This document shows positions 1 through 8,045 of a stretch of 20,000 nucleotides of DNA, piece after piece. This stretch comes from an uncultured virus (IMG/VR IMGVR_UViG_3300011470_000007) (lineage: Duplodnaviria > Heunggongvirae > Uroviricota > Caudoviricetes): the IMG/VR virus record IMGVR_UViG_3300011470_000007. One strand, 5' to 3'. Under the pieces are notes generated by a model. That model searched no databases. It worked only from the letters and a program-made list of their open reading frames with translations, and was not told the DNA's origin. The position numbers and the translations under genes are program-made. Position 1 is the stretch's first letter, and every line of letters begins with the position of its first letter.

Positions 1-1566
1 AATAAATTCACCGAACTGACTAAACAGCTAGAAAATTCTGCTGGCGCTGCCAAAAAGGTCGCTGATATCCAGATGGATAACCTCGCAGGTGATATTGACC
101 AGCTCAAGGGCGCATGGGAATCCTTTTCAATCGCGCTAGGCGGAAAAGGCGGCGTACTCAATGCTACCCTACGCTCATTTGTGCAAGGATTGACCGATAC
201 TATCAATAAAATCACGGCTTGGGCACAAGCTAACCCAGAGCTAGTCAAAACTATTGGTAGTTTGCTACTTAAATTCATCAAATTAAATCTGATTTTGTTT
301 ACTATCAAATACAGCGTGGCACTGGTACTAGGTTCATTTTTCGGTATGCTTGCTCACTTTATCAAGTTTGGTATAGCCATAATGGTAGTCAACGCCATTC
401 TTGCTCGTTTTGGTATCACATTCTGGGGTAAATTTCGCTTGATGGGGCAAGCGGTCATGATGTTTGCGCGGTTATTTGGTCGAGCGTTTATATTTTTGGC
501 GCGTCAATCTATTCCATTTGTCATTACTGCTATTGGTCAATTAGCAACCGTATTGCTTACTACTCCCATTGGCTGGGCAATTATGGCAATCGCCGTGGCA
601 GCCTTATTGATTTATAAATACTGGGCACCTATCAAGGCGTTTTTTATCGGATTTTGGGACGGGTTTAAAGCAGGGCTTGCCCCATTAATGGTGACATTGT
701 CAAGTCTGTGGTCAATGCTTGGGCAGATTTTTGCGCCGCTCAAACCTGTTATCGACGCCATTGTTTTTGCCATTGGGTGGCTTGCCAGTGCATTCATGTC
801 GTTATTTGCCCCAGCACAAATGACCCAAGCCCAACTTGCAGGGGCAACTAGTGCGGGACAATCGTTTGGTATGATATTAGGCACAATTGTCGGACTCATT
901 GGACAGGTGGTGGCAGGACTCGTCGGCGCCTTGGCTTTAGGACTGCAAACTATTGGTCAAGCTATCGGCACTTTCGCCGCGATGGTCGTCGTACATGGAG
1001 GGCAAGCGGTTGCCTATGTTGCAAGCCTACCCGGTCGATTTATGGCATTTTTAGCAGGGCTACCCGCTCAGATGTCAGCCATGGGCGGTCAGATTATGGA
1101 TGGACTCAAAAACGGCATTATGAGCCGTATAAATGGCGTTGTCTCAAGCATACAATCCGCAGCGTCAAGGATAAAATCCGCTTTTGCAGGAATGATGGGT
1201 ATCCACTCCCCTAGCCGTGTATTCATGGATTACGGCGACAACATCATGGCAGGGCTTAACAACGGCTTACTTGCCAACAATGCCCCATTGCAGTCAATGA
1301 TTCGCACGTCTGACAACTTACGCAACGCGATGGACACCAGCGCGATTAAGTTTGACAACCGCAAACCCATCACCGCAAGCATGGCAAACGGCTCACAAGG
1401 TTATGGCGGTCAGTCGGTAGCCCCAATCAACATCAACATCTACCCACAGCCCAACCAATCCCCTGCCGACATTGCCCAGCTAGTCGCCCAAGAACTGGCT
1501 AAAGCAAAACTAGGGCAAACCACAAATAACACCGCTTTATATGACTTACCACAGGCTTGGACATAA
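1..1566 (+). CDS. Phage tail tape measure protein, C-terminal part (5' truncated by window)
   Basis: Frame is open from base 1 (NKFTELTKQLENSAGAAKKVADIQMDNLAGD). Ala/Gly-rich hydrophobic helices, C-terminal GIHSPSRVF motif, directly upstream of gpU. Confidence 0.93.
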   Translation, partial: NKFTELTKQLENSAGAAKKVADIQMDNLAGDIDQLKGAWESFSIALGGKGGVLNATLRSFVQGLTDTINKITAWAQANPELVKTIGSLLLKFIKLNLILFTIKYSVALVLGSFFGMLAHFIKFGIAIMVVNAILARFGITFWGKFRLMGQAVMMFARLFGRAFIFLARQSIPFVITAIGQLATVLLTTPIGWAIMAIAVAALLIYKYWAPIKAFFIGFWDGFKAGLAPLMVTLSSLWSMLGQIFAPLKPVIDAIVFAIGWLASAFMSLFAPAQMTQAQLAGATSAGQSFGMILGTIVGLIGQVVAGLVGALALGLQTIGQAIGTFAAMVVVHGGQAVAYVASLPGRFMAFLAGLPAQMSAMGGQIMDGLKNGIMSRINGVVSSIQSAASRIKSAFAGMMGIHSPSRVFMDYGDNIMAGLNNGLLANNAPLQSMIRTSDNLRNAMDTSAIKFDNRKPITASMANGSQGYGGQSVAPININIYPQPNQSPADIAQLVAQELAKAKLGQTTNNTALYDLPQAWT

Positions 1567-1997
1567 TGATTTTATCGTTAGGACAATTTGTATTTAGCGT
1601 CGACACGCTCACCTTTAACGAGCTACAACGCTCCCGCAGTTGGAGCTTTGCCAGCAACGATATCGCGCAAGGCAGACCCCAATACCAATTTACAGGCACG
1701 GGCGAAGAGACGATATCAATTCCGTTTTTGATATACCAGGAACACGGCTTTGGCAATCGCCAATCGGTGGATGATTTGGCAGAGATGGCAGATACAGGCG
1801 CAGGATATGTACTAATAGATGGCAGCGGCTATATTTATGGGGTGTTTGCCATTGATAGCATTGATGATAACCGTAGCTTTTTGACAATCAATGGTGTACC
1901 GCGCAAAGTTGACGGCACACTCAAATTGACACGGGTTGATGACAACCGCATCCAAGCGGACAAATCATCCGATATTCCAGAAAGCCAGCAATATTAA
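1566..1997 (+). CDS. P2 GpU-family tail protein
   Basis: MILSLGQFVF...ELQRSRSW...QFTGTGEETISI...LIDGSGYIYG pattern. ATG 1566 overlaps the tape-measure stop (TAATG) and is preferred over TTG 1557. Confidence 0.9.
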   Translation: MILSLGQFVFSVDTLTFNELQRSRSWSFASNDIAQGRPQYQFTGTGEETISIPFLIYQEHGFGNRQSVDDLAEMADTGAGYVLIDGSGYIYGVFAIDSIDDNRSFLTINGVPRKVDGTLKLTRVDDNRIQADKSSDIPESQQY

Positions 1998-2006
1998 GGT
2001 GATATC

Positions 2007-3050
2007 ATGCTAAGAACCCCCATCATCCGCCTAACCGCCGATAACGAGCCACTCGACGACGCCATCATGTCACGTTTGATGGATGTATCTGTTACCGATA
2101 ACAAGTCAGGCGATGCCGATGAGCTGTCTCTCACACTTGATGACCACGACGGCAAACTTGCCATGCCAAAGCGTGGCGTCAAATTGCAATGTTGGATGGG
2201 TTATATCGATGCCGGTGTCCATGACATGGGGATATATACTGTCGATAGCGTTGAATGGGGCGGCACACCCGACACCATCACTGTAAAAGCCAAATCAGCC
2301 GATATGAAAGGCAGTCTTAAGTCTGGACGCACCCAAAGCTATCATGATAAAAAATTGGGCGAAATTGCCAAAGAAGTCGCCACTCGTCATGAGCTGGAAC
2401 TTGCTATGACTGACTACTTGATGAACATTGAAGTCGGGCACATCGATCAGACTGATGAGTCCGACCTGCACTTACTGACTCGCCTTTGTTGGCAGTTTGG
2501 GGCGGTCGTCAACGTCAAACACGGTAAGTTACTTATCTTTCAGCCTTACGAGAACAAAACTGTCTCTGGGCAACCGCTTACCCTGACTGTACTAAAACGT
2601 GACAAGGGCGACCAGTTCCGTTTCAGTATTGAAGACCGACAAGGTGACGTTGATAACGTACAAGCCACTTACCATGACGCCAAGCAAGCCAAGAAAGTAA
2701 CGGTCAACACCGACAAGGACGGGCAAAAAGCCAAAAGATTAAAGGGCAATTTTAAGGATGAAAAGACTGCTACCGCCGCCGCCAATGCTGAGAAAAAACG
2801 CATCGAGGGTGAACAAGGCAAATTTAGCATTAACTGTGCGTTTGGTTATCCAGCAATTAGTACTGAGTCGCCCATTGAACTTCAGGGGTTCAAGGTTGAA
2901 ATTGATAGTTTGAAATGGACAGTGGACAAAGCCACGCATAGCTATAGCAAATCGCAGGGATTGACCACGCAGCTTGACTTGACCGCACCGATAAATGGAG
3001 AGTTTGGCGCCAAACCTGTTGATAAAAAAGATAGTAAAGCCGCTATTTAA
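2007..3050 (+). CDS. P2 GpD-family (late control D / baseplate hub) protein
   Basis: DNKSGDADELSLTLDD, HIDQTDESDLHLLTRL motifs; follows gpU; SD AAGGTG upstream. Confidence 0.92.
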   Translation: MLRTPIIRLTADNEPLDDAIMSRLMDVSVTDNKSGDADELSLTLDDHDGKLAMPKRGVKLQCWMGYIDAGVHDMGIYTVDSVEWGGTPDTITVKAKSADMKGSLKSGRTQSYHDKKLGEIAKEVATRHELELAMTDYLMNIEVGHIDQTDESDLHLLTRLCWQFGAVVNVKHGKLLIFQPYENKTVSGQPLTLTVLKRDKGDQFRFSIEDRQGDVDNVQATYHDAKQAKKVTVNTDKDGQKAKRLKGNFKDEKTATAAANAEKKRIEGEQGKFSINCAFGYPAISTESPIELQGFKVEIDSLKWTVDKATHSYSKSQGLTTQLDLTAPINGEFGAKPVDKKDSKAAI

Positions 3051-3065
3051 CGAGTTTTTGTTAGC

Positions 3066-3082
3066 TATAATTATGCTAAAAT
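3066..3082 (+). promoter_or_regulatory. Putative sigma70 promoter (TATAAT 3066-3071; extended -10 TGcTAAAAT 3074-3082)
   Basis: The extended -10 would place the start at ~3088-3089, the first base of the structured RNA that follows. Confidence 0.5.
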
Positions 3083-3087
3083 AGTTA

Positions 3088-3173
3088 TGCTTGGGTGTGT
3101 CGAGATAAGCCAACTTCCCAGATTGGACGAATAAGACTGCCGTCTCATCGTGTACGGATTTCAGCCCCAAGCA
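3088..3173 (+). ncRNA. Putative C4/CI-like tRNA-shaped antisense RNA (RNA-A)
   Basis: Closing stem TGCTTGGG 3088-3095/CCCAAGCA 3166-3173. Arm GTC 3099-3101/GAC 3135-3137 encloses CCAA 3110-3113/TTGG 3123-3126. Arm CCGT 3140-3143/ACGG 3154-3157 with loop CTCATCGTGT. Unpaired ATTTCAG 3158-3164. Same layout as 7926-8004. Confidence 0.65.
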
Positions 3174-3249
3174 CTTCATCAAGCGATAATATGCACACTA
3201 ACTTAGTCGTAACCTGCCAATCTAACACCACTCACATTTCAATACCACT

Positions 3250-4308
3250 ATGACCCCAGCCTCTCAAAAATTTAAAAATGCCTTCCTTATATTTTTCGGT
3301 TGGTTCTTTGGTATTACCTTCATGTTTACCGCTATTGGTGGTATGGTTAACGGTAATATTATACCTGCACTCATTATTTTTCTAGGTTCGTCATTGTTTA
3401 TTCCGAGTATCCGTCAATGGGTTATCAAAAAATTAAACCATAAAGTTACAAGTAAACCATTAGTGATTGGCGGAGTAATTTCCACGGTTGTAGCGTTCGC
3501 TATGCTATCACCCCAAGAGCCTACCACAAACAGCCCTCACACTACTAATGTTAGCCAAACAGTACCACAGGCAGCAACTCAAGCTCTAAGTCAACCCAAG
3601 CCTATATCTGTCAAAGCTGAACCCATCTCTTCATCCCCTACTTCCCCACAGCAAGCAACCGCACCCATAGCACTAAACACCCAAATGCAAGGCGATATAA
3701 GCTGTAAGGTGGTGGGAATTTCAGATGGTGACACACTCACTTGTCTCACCAATGACAAATCCCAAATCAAAGTACGTCTCAACCAAATTGACGCTCCAGA
3801 AAAATCACAGGCCTTTGGTACCGCCGCCAAGCAGGCATTATCGGGTTATGTGTTTGGCAAAACAGTTGGCTTAAAAACCAATGGTACCGATAAATATGGA
3901 CGTACCGTCGCTGAAGTGTTTGTCGGCGATAAAAATATCAACAAAGCAATGGTCGCCGATGGTTATGCTTGGGCATATCGTGAATATATGACGGATAACG
4001 ACTATGGTGACCTAGAGACTAGCGCACGCTCAAATACAAAAGGCTTATGGTCAGAACCTGACCCAATCTATCCGAGTGATTTTAGACGGGGCAAACGTGG
4101 CGAACAAACCGCCCCTGTCCAAACGCAAACCATTACCCAACAAGTCGAGCAAAAAGCCGTTGCAGATTCAGGTGGTAGCTGTGGCTCAAAACGATATTGC
4201 AAACAAATGGCAACCTGCGCTGAGGCACGCCATTATTTGAATGATTGTGGGGTTAGTCGACTGGATAGAGATGGTGATGGTGTACCGTGTGAAAGTTTGT
4301 GTCAATAA
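3250..4308 (+). CDS. Membrane-anchored thermonuclease (SNase-like) with C-terminal Excalibur Ca-binding domain
   Basis: About three N-terminal hydrophobic helices, P/S/T/Q linker, SNase motifs DGDTL, RLNQIDAPE, DKYGRTVA, GYAW; C-terminal CKQMATCAEA...LDRDGDGVPCE. Confidence 0.9.
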   Translation: MTPASQKFKNAFLIFFGWFFGITFMFTAIGGMVNGNIIPALIIFLGSSLFIPSIRQWVIKKLNHKVTSKPLVIGGVISTVVAFAMLSPQEPTTNSPHTTNVSQTVPQAATQALSQPKPISVKAEPISSSPTSPQQATAPIALNTQMQGDISCKVVGISDGDTLTCLTNDKSQIKVRLNQIDAPEKSQAFGTAAKQALSGYVFGKTVGLKTNGTDKYGRTVAEVFVGDKNINKAMVADGYAWAYREYMTDNDYGDLETSARSNTKGLWSEPDPIYPSDFRRGKRGEQTAPVQTQTITQQVEQKAVADSGGSCGSKRYCKQMATCAEARHYLNDCGVSRLDRDGDGVPCESLCQ

Positions 4309-4405
4309 ATATTATTATTTTGAATCAAAATTATTGTAGATAAAAACCATAGCCTCTCAACGCTTAGAAATCAGAGTGTTTTAATAAAAAATTTATTTTT
4401 TTTGT

Positions 4406-4455
4406 CTCGATATTCTAACGAAAAAAAGGTAATATAGGCGTTAGAATTGCGAGGT
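4406..4455 (+). promoter_or_regulatory. Inverted repeat overlapping the methyltransferase ribosome-binding site
   Basis: CTCG-at-ATTCTAACG 4406-4420 / CGTTAGAAT-tg-CGAG 4439-4453; SD GAGGT at 4451-4455. Confidence 0.45.
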
Positions 4456-4460
4456 GTAGT

Positions 4461-5486
4461 ATGCAAATTGAAGCCGTTGATCTGTTCTGTGGTGTAGGTG
4501 GTCTGACTGCAGGATTAATAAAGTCTGGAATTACTGTTAAAGCAGGTTACGACATAGAGCCAAGCTGCAAATTTGGCTATGAGCATAATAATAAAGCGAC
4601 TTTCGTTTTAAAGGACATTGCACAAGTTAGTGCAGATGAAATAAATTCTTGGTATTCGAAAGGAGCCATTCGTTTGCTTGCTGGCTGTGCTCCTTGTCAG
4701 CCATTTTCAAGTTATAGTAAAGGACGTGATGCGAAACTAGATAAAAAATATCCACTTCTCTACCATTTTTCAAGATTAATTGAGGAAGTATATCCTGAAT
4801 TAGTTACGATGGAGAATGTACCAGACGTTACTTCTCACCAAGTTTATCATGATTTTGTCTCTAAACTTGAATCTTTAGGATATATCATTGCCGCTCAAAA
4901 AGTTGACTGTGTGAAATACGGCATTCCACAAACTCGCAAACGCCATGTATTACTTGCAACTCGTATTTCAGAAACAATAAGCTTGATTCCGCCCACGCAT
5001 GATAAACCAGTTACAGTCAGAGAGGCTATTAAAGGATTACCTGTGCTATACGCAGGAAAACAAAATAAAAATGATCCATTACATATTTGCTCTGAGCTTA
5101 GCGACCTTAATATGCGTCGCATTAAAGCGTCGAAAGCAGGTGGCACTTGGAAAGATTGGTCATCGGATTTAATCGCAGAGTGCCATAAGAAAGATTCTGG
5201 TAAATCGTTTAGAAGTGTTTATGGTCGTATGGAATGGGATAAACCAGCACCTACTATTACGACTCAATGCTATGGTTTTGGTAATGGTCGATTCGGTCAC
5301 CCTTCGCAGCATAGAGCGATTTCAATGCGTGAGGCGGCAATCTTCCAGACATTTCCAGAAGATTACAAATTTACCGATGGTAAGGTGTTTATTAAAAAAG
5401 TGAGTAGAATGATAGGTAATGCTGTACCTGTTAGGTTGGGAGAAATTGTAGGACTTAGTTTTTTTACTAAACAAAACTATCAATAA
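4461..5486 (+). CDS. DNA (cytosine-5)-methyltransferase
   Basis: Motif I DLFCGVGG, IV GCAPCQPFS, VI MENV, VIII PQTRKRH, IX REAAIFQTFP, X IGNAVP. Confidence 0.96.
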   Translation: MQIEAVDLFCGVGGLTAGLIKSGITVKAGYDIEPSCKFGYEHNNKATFVLKDIAQVSADEINSWYSKGAIRLLAGCAPCQPFSSYSKGRDAKLDKKYPLLYHFSRLIEEVYPELVTMENVPDVTSHQVYHDFVSKLESLGYIIAAQKVDCVKYGIPQTRKRHVLLATRISETISLIPPTHDKPVTVREAIKGLPVLYAGKQNKNDPLHICSELSDLNMRRIKASKAGGTWKDWSSDLIAECHKKDSGKSFRSVYGRMEWDKPAPTITTQCYGFGNGRFGHPSQHRAISMREAAIFQTFPEDYKFTDGKVFIKKVSRMIGNAVPVRLGEIVGLSFFTKQNYQ

Positions 5487-7422
5487 GAGTCTTAATTTTG
5501 TCTGCCTCTTTTTCTTTGACCAAAAAATCAGCATATGCTGATTTTGCTTTTAGAAGCATTTCATCATAAGTTGAGATAGTATATTTGGCTGCCGCTAGCT
5601 TTGCCTCGTTCTCCTTTTGATCGCCTTCAATCCTATCACCTATCAAAAATACAACTTTGATTCTATCTTTACTGGCATGAGGATCTACTGCTTGCAAGCA
5701 TTTAAATAAAGTTTCTTTATATAAATCACCTTGTCTCATCAAATCATATATATCTAACTTTTTTGGCAATTTAGGGCGCTTTAATTCGATAATAATATGG
5801 TCATCTCCAATATTCCTATATCGTAAGTCAAACCGTCCTTTTTGTTGTTCTGGGGTTAGTTTAGCTTTCACTTTTTCGTCAAAAGCTTTATGTATATTCT
5901 GTTCTTTGAGCTCACTCCCTGCTACCCTCTCCCAAGTTGGGTCAATTAGCCATAGATGAGAATAAATGAAATCTCTAATTTTATTTTCGTAATCATTTTG
6001 GTTAATTTTATTTTCAATAATTTTTATTGTTTCCAATCTTGCTCTAACAACATCATGATAAAGTGAAATTTCATAAGAATCATAACTAGAAAGTATTCTT
6101 ATTAGTTCCGACGGTCCAGCATCTATAGCATCTGCAAGTTCAATGTTGCTTTTACTTAATCTTAATCTTTCAAATGCCAATATGGTACTTCTAAATAATT
6201 CTTTTCTATCATTTTCCTTAGGTTCATCAATTTGGAGATTAGATACTGTTTCCAAAAGAGCTTCCGCTTGCTTTTGATGAGGTACAGGTAATTCTTCTAT
6301 CCATTTTTTTAATTGGGGGTATTGTTTAACAACTTCTTCTTTATCAAATTTTTTTCTTTCAATCGACCAAATTTGATACATCTCGTTCATTAATTTCTTA
6401 CCAAACTTTAACAAAGCTTGATATCGTACATCGTCTTCACGAACTCTTTGTCTATCACTAGTAGCAATATCTTCACCATCATTTTCATCTAAGAAATCTG
6501 CTTGGATTACACCAGTAATGTAAGCTTTCATCAGCCTATTTTCAGATATTTTATCTAATATATTTTCTTGAAACACTCGTCCCCTTGAAATAACTGATAT
6601 ACCATTCAAATTACCCATATCATAAGTATTTAAATCCTTAGGTTTCAAAGCAGTTCCTAACCACCCATCAAAAGAGTAAACTTGATTATCATATATAATT
6701 TGATGGTCCGAAAAATTAAAAATTTTTACATCATCAGGAAAATTTATAGAGTCATTATTAGAAAATTTCCAAGCAAATTGCAAATTGGTAAAATCATCCC
6801 TATCAGTTTGAACAATTTTCTCATTATTTATATATACATTAAAATTATCCTTGTCACCGATAACTGAAAATCGTCTTGCAATCCTTTTTTTCATAGCAGA
6901 TATAGATTGTCCTAAACGACTCGTCAGAAGTCTTGATAATATAAATCTGGTACCGCTATTTTGTGTAAACTCTTCAACATTAATCGGCATTGGATGATAT
7001 GTTGTACCATTCGTTATATGATTTTTAAGTTGAGTTACATCAATACTTAAAGAATGGGCATCTTGGTTTTCTTTTTTAGATGTAATTTCTACATATTCAG
7101 CTATTGAAAATAAAGCAAGTTTACCGATTCCTTTTCTTCCCATTACAGGTCTACCCTTTGGACTAAATGGGTGATTTAATCTTCTTTTGTATGCAACCTT
7201 TAAAAATTTATTATTAAGATCATTTACTGACATACCATGACCATTGTCTGTAATAGTTATAATTGATTTATCATCACTAATATTAATATGAACTTCAGTT
7301 GCATCTGCATCCCATGCATTCGCAATAATCTCTGTTAAAGCAGCTGCTGTATTGCTATAAAGATTTAGACCAAGATGTTCTACTGCCGCTAAATCAACAG
7401 AAAAAGTATATTGCTCAGACAT
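5467..7422 (-). CDS. GHKL (MORC/MutL-type) ATPase fused to C-terminal PD-(D/E)XK nuclease; probable restriction partner of the methyltransferase (HgiDII-like architecture)
   Basis: Bergerat motifs EIIANAWDA, DNGHGM, GRKGIGK, GT; C-terminal GRFDL...IIIELKRP...QGDLY. SD GAGG upstream; 3' end overlaps the MTase by 20 bp. Confidence 0.85.
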   Translation of the reverse strand: MSEQYTFSVDLAAVEHLGLNLYSNTAAALTEIIANAWDADATEVHINISDDKSIITITDNGHGMSVNDLNNKFLKVAYKRRLNHPFSPKGRPVMGRKGIGKLALFSIAEYVEITSKKENQDAHSLSIDVTQLKNHITNGTTYHPMPINVEEFTQNSGTRFILSRLLTSRLGQSISAMKKRIARRFSVIGDKDNFNVYINNEKIVQTDRDDFTNLQFAWKFSNNDSINFPDDVKIFNFSDHQIIYDNQVYSFDGWLGTALKPKDLNTYDMGNLNGISVISRGRVFQENILDKISENRLMKAYITGVIQADFLDENDGEDIATSDRQRVREDDVRYQALLKFGKKLMNEMYQIWSIERKKFDKEEVVKQYPQLKKWIEELPVPHQKQAEALLETVSNLQIDEPKENDRKELFRSTILAFERLRLSKSNIELADAIDAGPSELIRILSSYDSYEISLYHDVVRARLETIKIIENKINQNDYENKIRDFIYSHLWLIDPTWERVAGSELKEQNIHKAFDEKVKAKLTPEQQKGRFDLRYRNIGDDHIIIELKRPKLPKKLDIYDLMRQGDLYKETLFKCLQAVDPHASKDRIKVVFLIGDRIEGDQKENEAKLAAAKYTISTYDEMLLKAKSAYADFLVKEKEADKIKTLIDSFV

Positions 7423-7513
7423 AAAACCCTCAATATTTTTAAACTAAATTATTAGATAAGTATCATTTTGGACATCAAAAAGCCAATCAAGACTGATTGG
7501 CTTATGCAAAATT

Positions 7514-7714
7514 TTATTTATTTTCAAACATTGGAATAACTGATCTATTGGAAGAAACTAAAGTGTCAAAGTTTTGTTTAATATCTATTACACTACCATC
7601 TAAAAAATATATTCTACATGTAGAGCTATTTTCTTTATCTATACACAAAATATTATCTAAATTAATAAAAGTTTTTATACTATTAGTTCTCTCTACTTTA
7701 ATAAACTGCGCCAT
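7514..7714 (-). CDS. Small hypothetical protein (66 aa, beta-rich, loosely FlbD/LytTR-like pattern)
   Basis: ATG with AAGGA SD; FINLDNILCI...CRIYFLDG pattern; co-oriented upstream of the GHKL gene. Confidence 0.6.
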   Translation of the reverse strand: MAQFIKVERTNSIKTFINLDNILCIDKENSSTCRIYFLDGSVIDIKQNFDTLVSSNRSVIPMFENK

Positions 7715-7767
7715 TTCTATATTCCTTATAAATGTCTGTTAATTTGTCAACAATATAACAAATTAAC

Positions 7768-7796
7768 TTGCAACCGACAAACAAAAGATTTATGAT
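7768..7796 (+). promoter_or_regulatory. sigma70 promoter for the C4-like RNA operon
   Basis: TTGCAA 7768-7773, 17-bp spacer, TATGAT 7791-7796; start ~7803. Confidence 0.65.
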
Positions 7797-7803
7797 TTAC
7801 TTA

Positions 7804-7853
7804 CTACTAAACAATCAGCGGTTCAAAAATCACCCCGTTAGCGTGCTTTTTTT
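7804..7853 (+). promoter_or_regulatory. Upstream antisense target and U-tract attenuator-like leader (P1 a1b1 / P4 seqA-like)
   Basis: ACTAAACAATCAG 7806-7818 is repeated exactly at 8024-8036. CAATCAG is complementary to CTGATTG 7979-7985. T7 run at 7847-7853. Confidence 0.55.
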
Positions 7854-7925
7854 GTGCCTAAAATTTACCAAGCTATTGTTATCATTATGGCATTGGTGGA
7901 TAATACGCACGTCAAAAACGTCTTA

Positions 7926-8004
7926 TGACGGGTCGAGAGAACCGAATAAAATACCCTATGGGAAATAAGTTCCGCCGCCTGATTGCGGTAGTTGAAGCCC
8001 GTCG
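7926..8004 (+). ncRNA. Putative C4/CI-like antisense RNA (RNA-B)
   Basis: Closing stem GACGGG 7927-7932/CCCGTC 7998-8003. Arm GAAC 7939-7942/GTTC 7969-7972 encloses CCC-TAT-GGG. Arm GCCGC 7974-7978/GCGGT 7985-7989 with loop CTGATT. CCTGATTG is complementary to CAATCAGG 8030-8037 over the SD of the next gene. Confidence 0.75.
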
Positions 8005-8045
8005 CCTACTAAGCGACAAATTAACTAAACAATCAGGAGGTCATC

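Noticed and set aside
250..1000. Very hydrophobic stretch suggesting a membrane transporter
   Set aside because: Normal for tape measure proteins; the frame is continuous with tape-measure motifs.
3088..3173. Possible tRNA, CRISPR repeat or retron msr-msd reading of the structured segments
   Set aside because: No T-loop/CCA, no repeat-spacer periodicity, and no reverse transcriptase or cas gene in the window.
2739..3182. 147-aa minus-strand ORF
   Set aside because: Antisense to gpD and RNA-A, with no recognisable motif.
7497..7742. 81-aa plus-strand ORF
   Set aside because: Shadow of the minus-strand 66-aa gene, which has the better SD.
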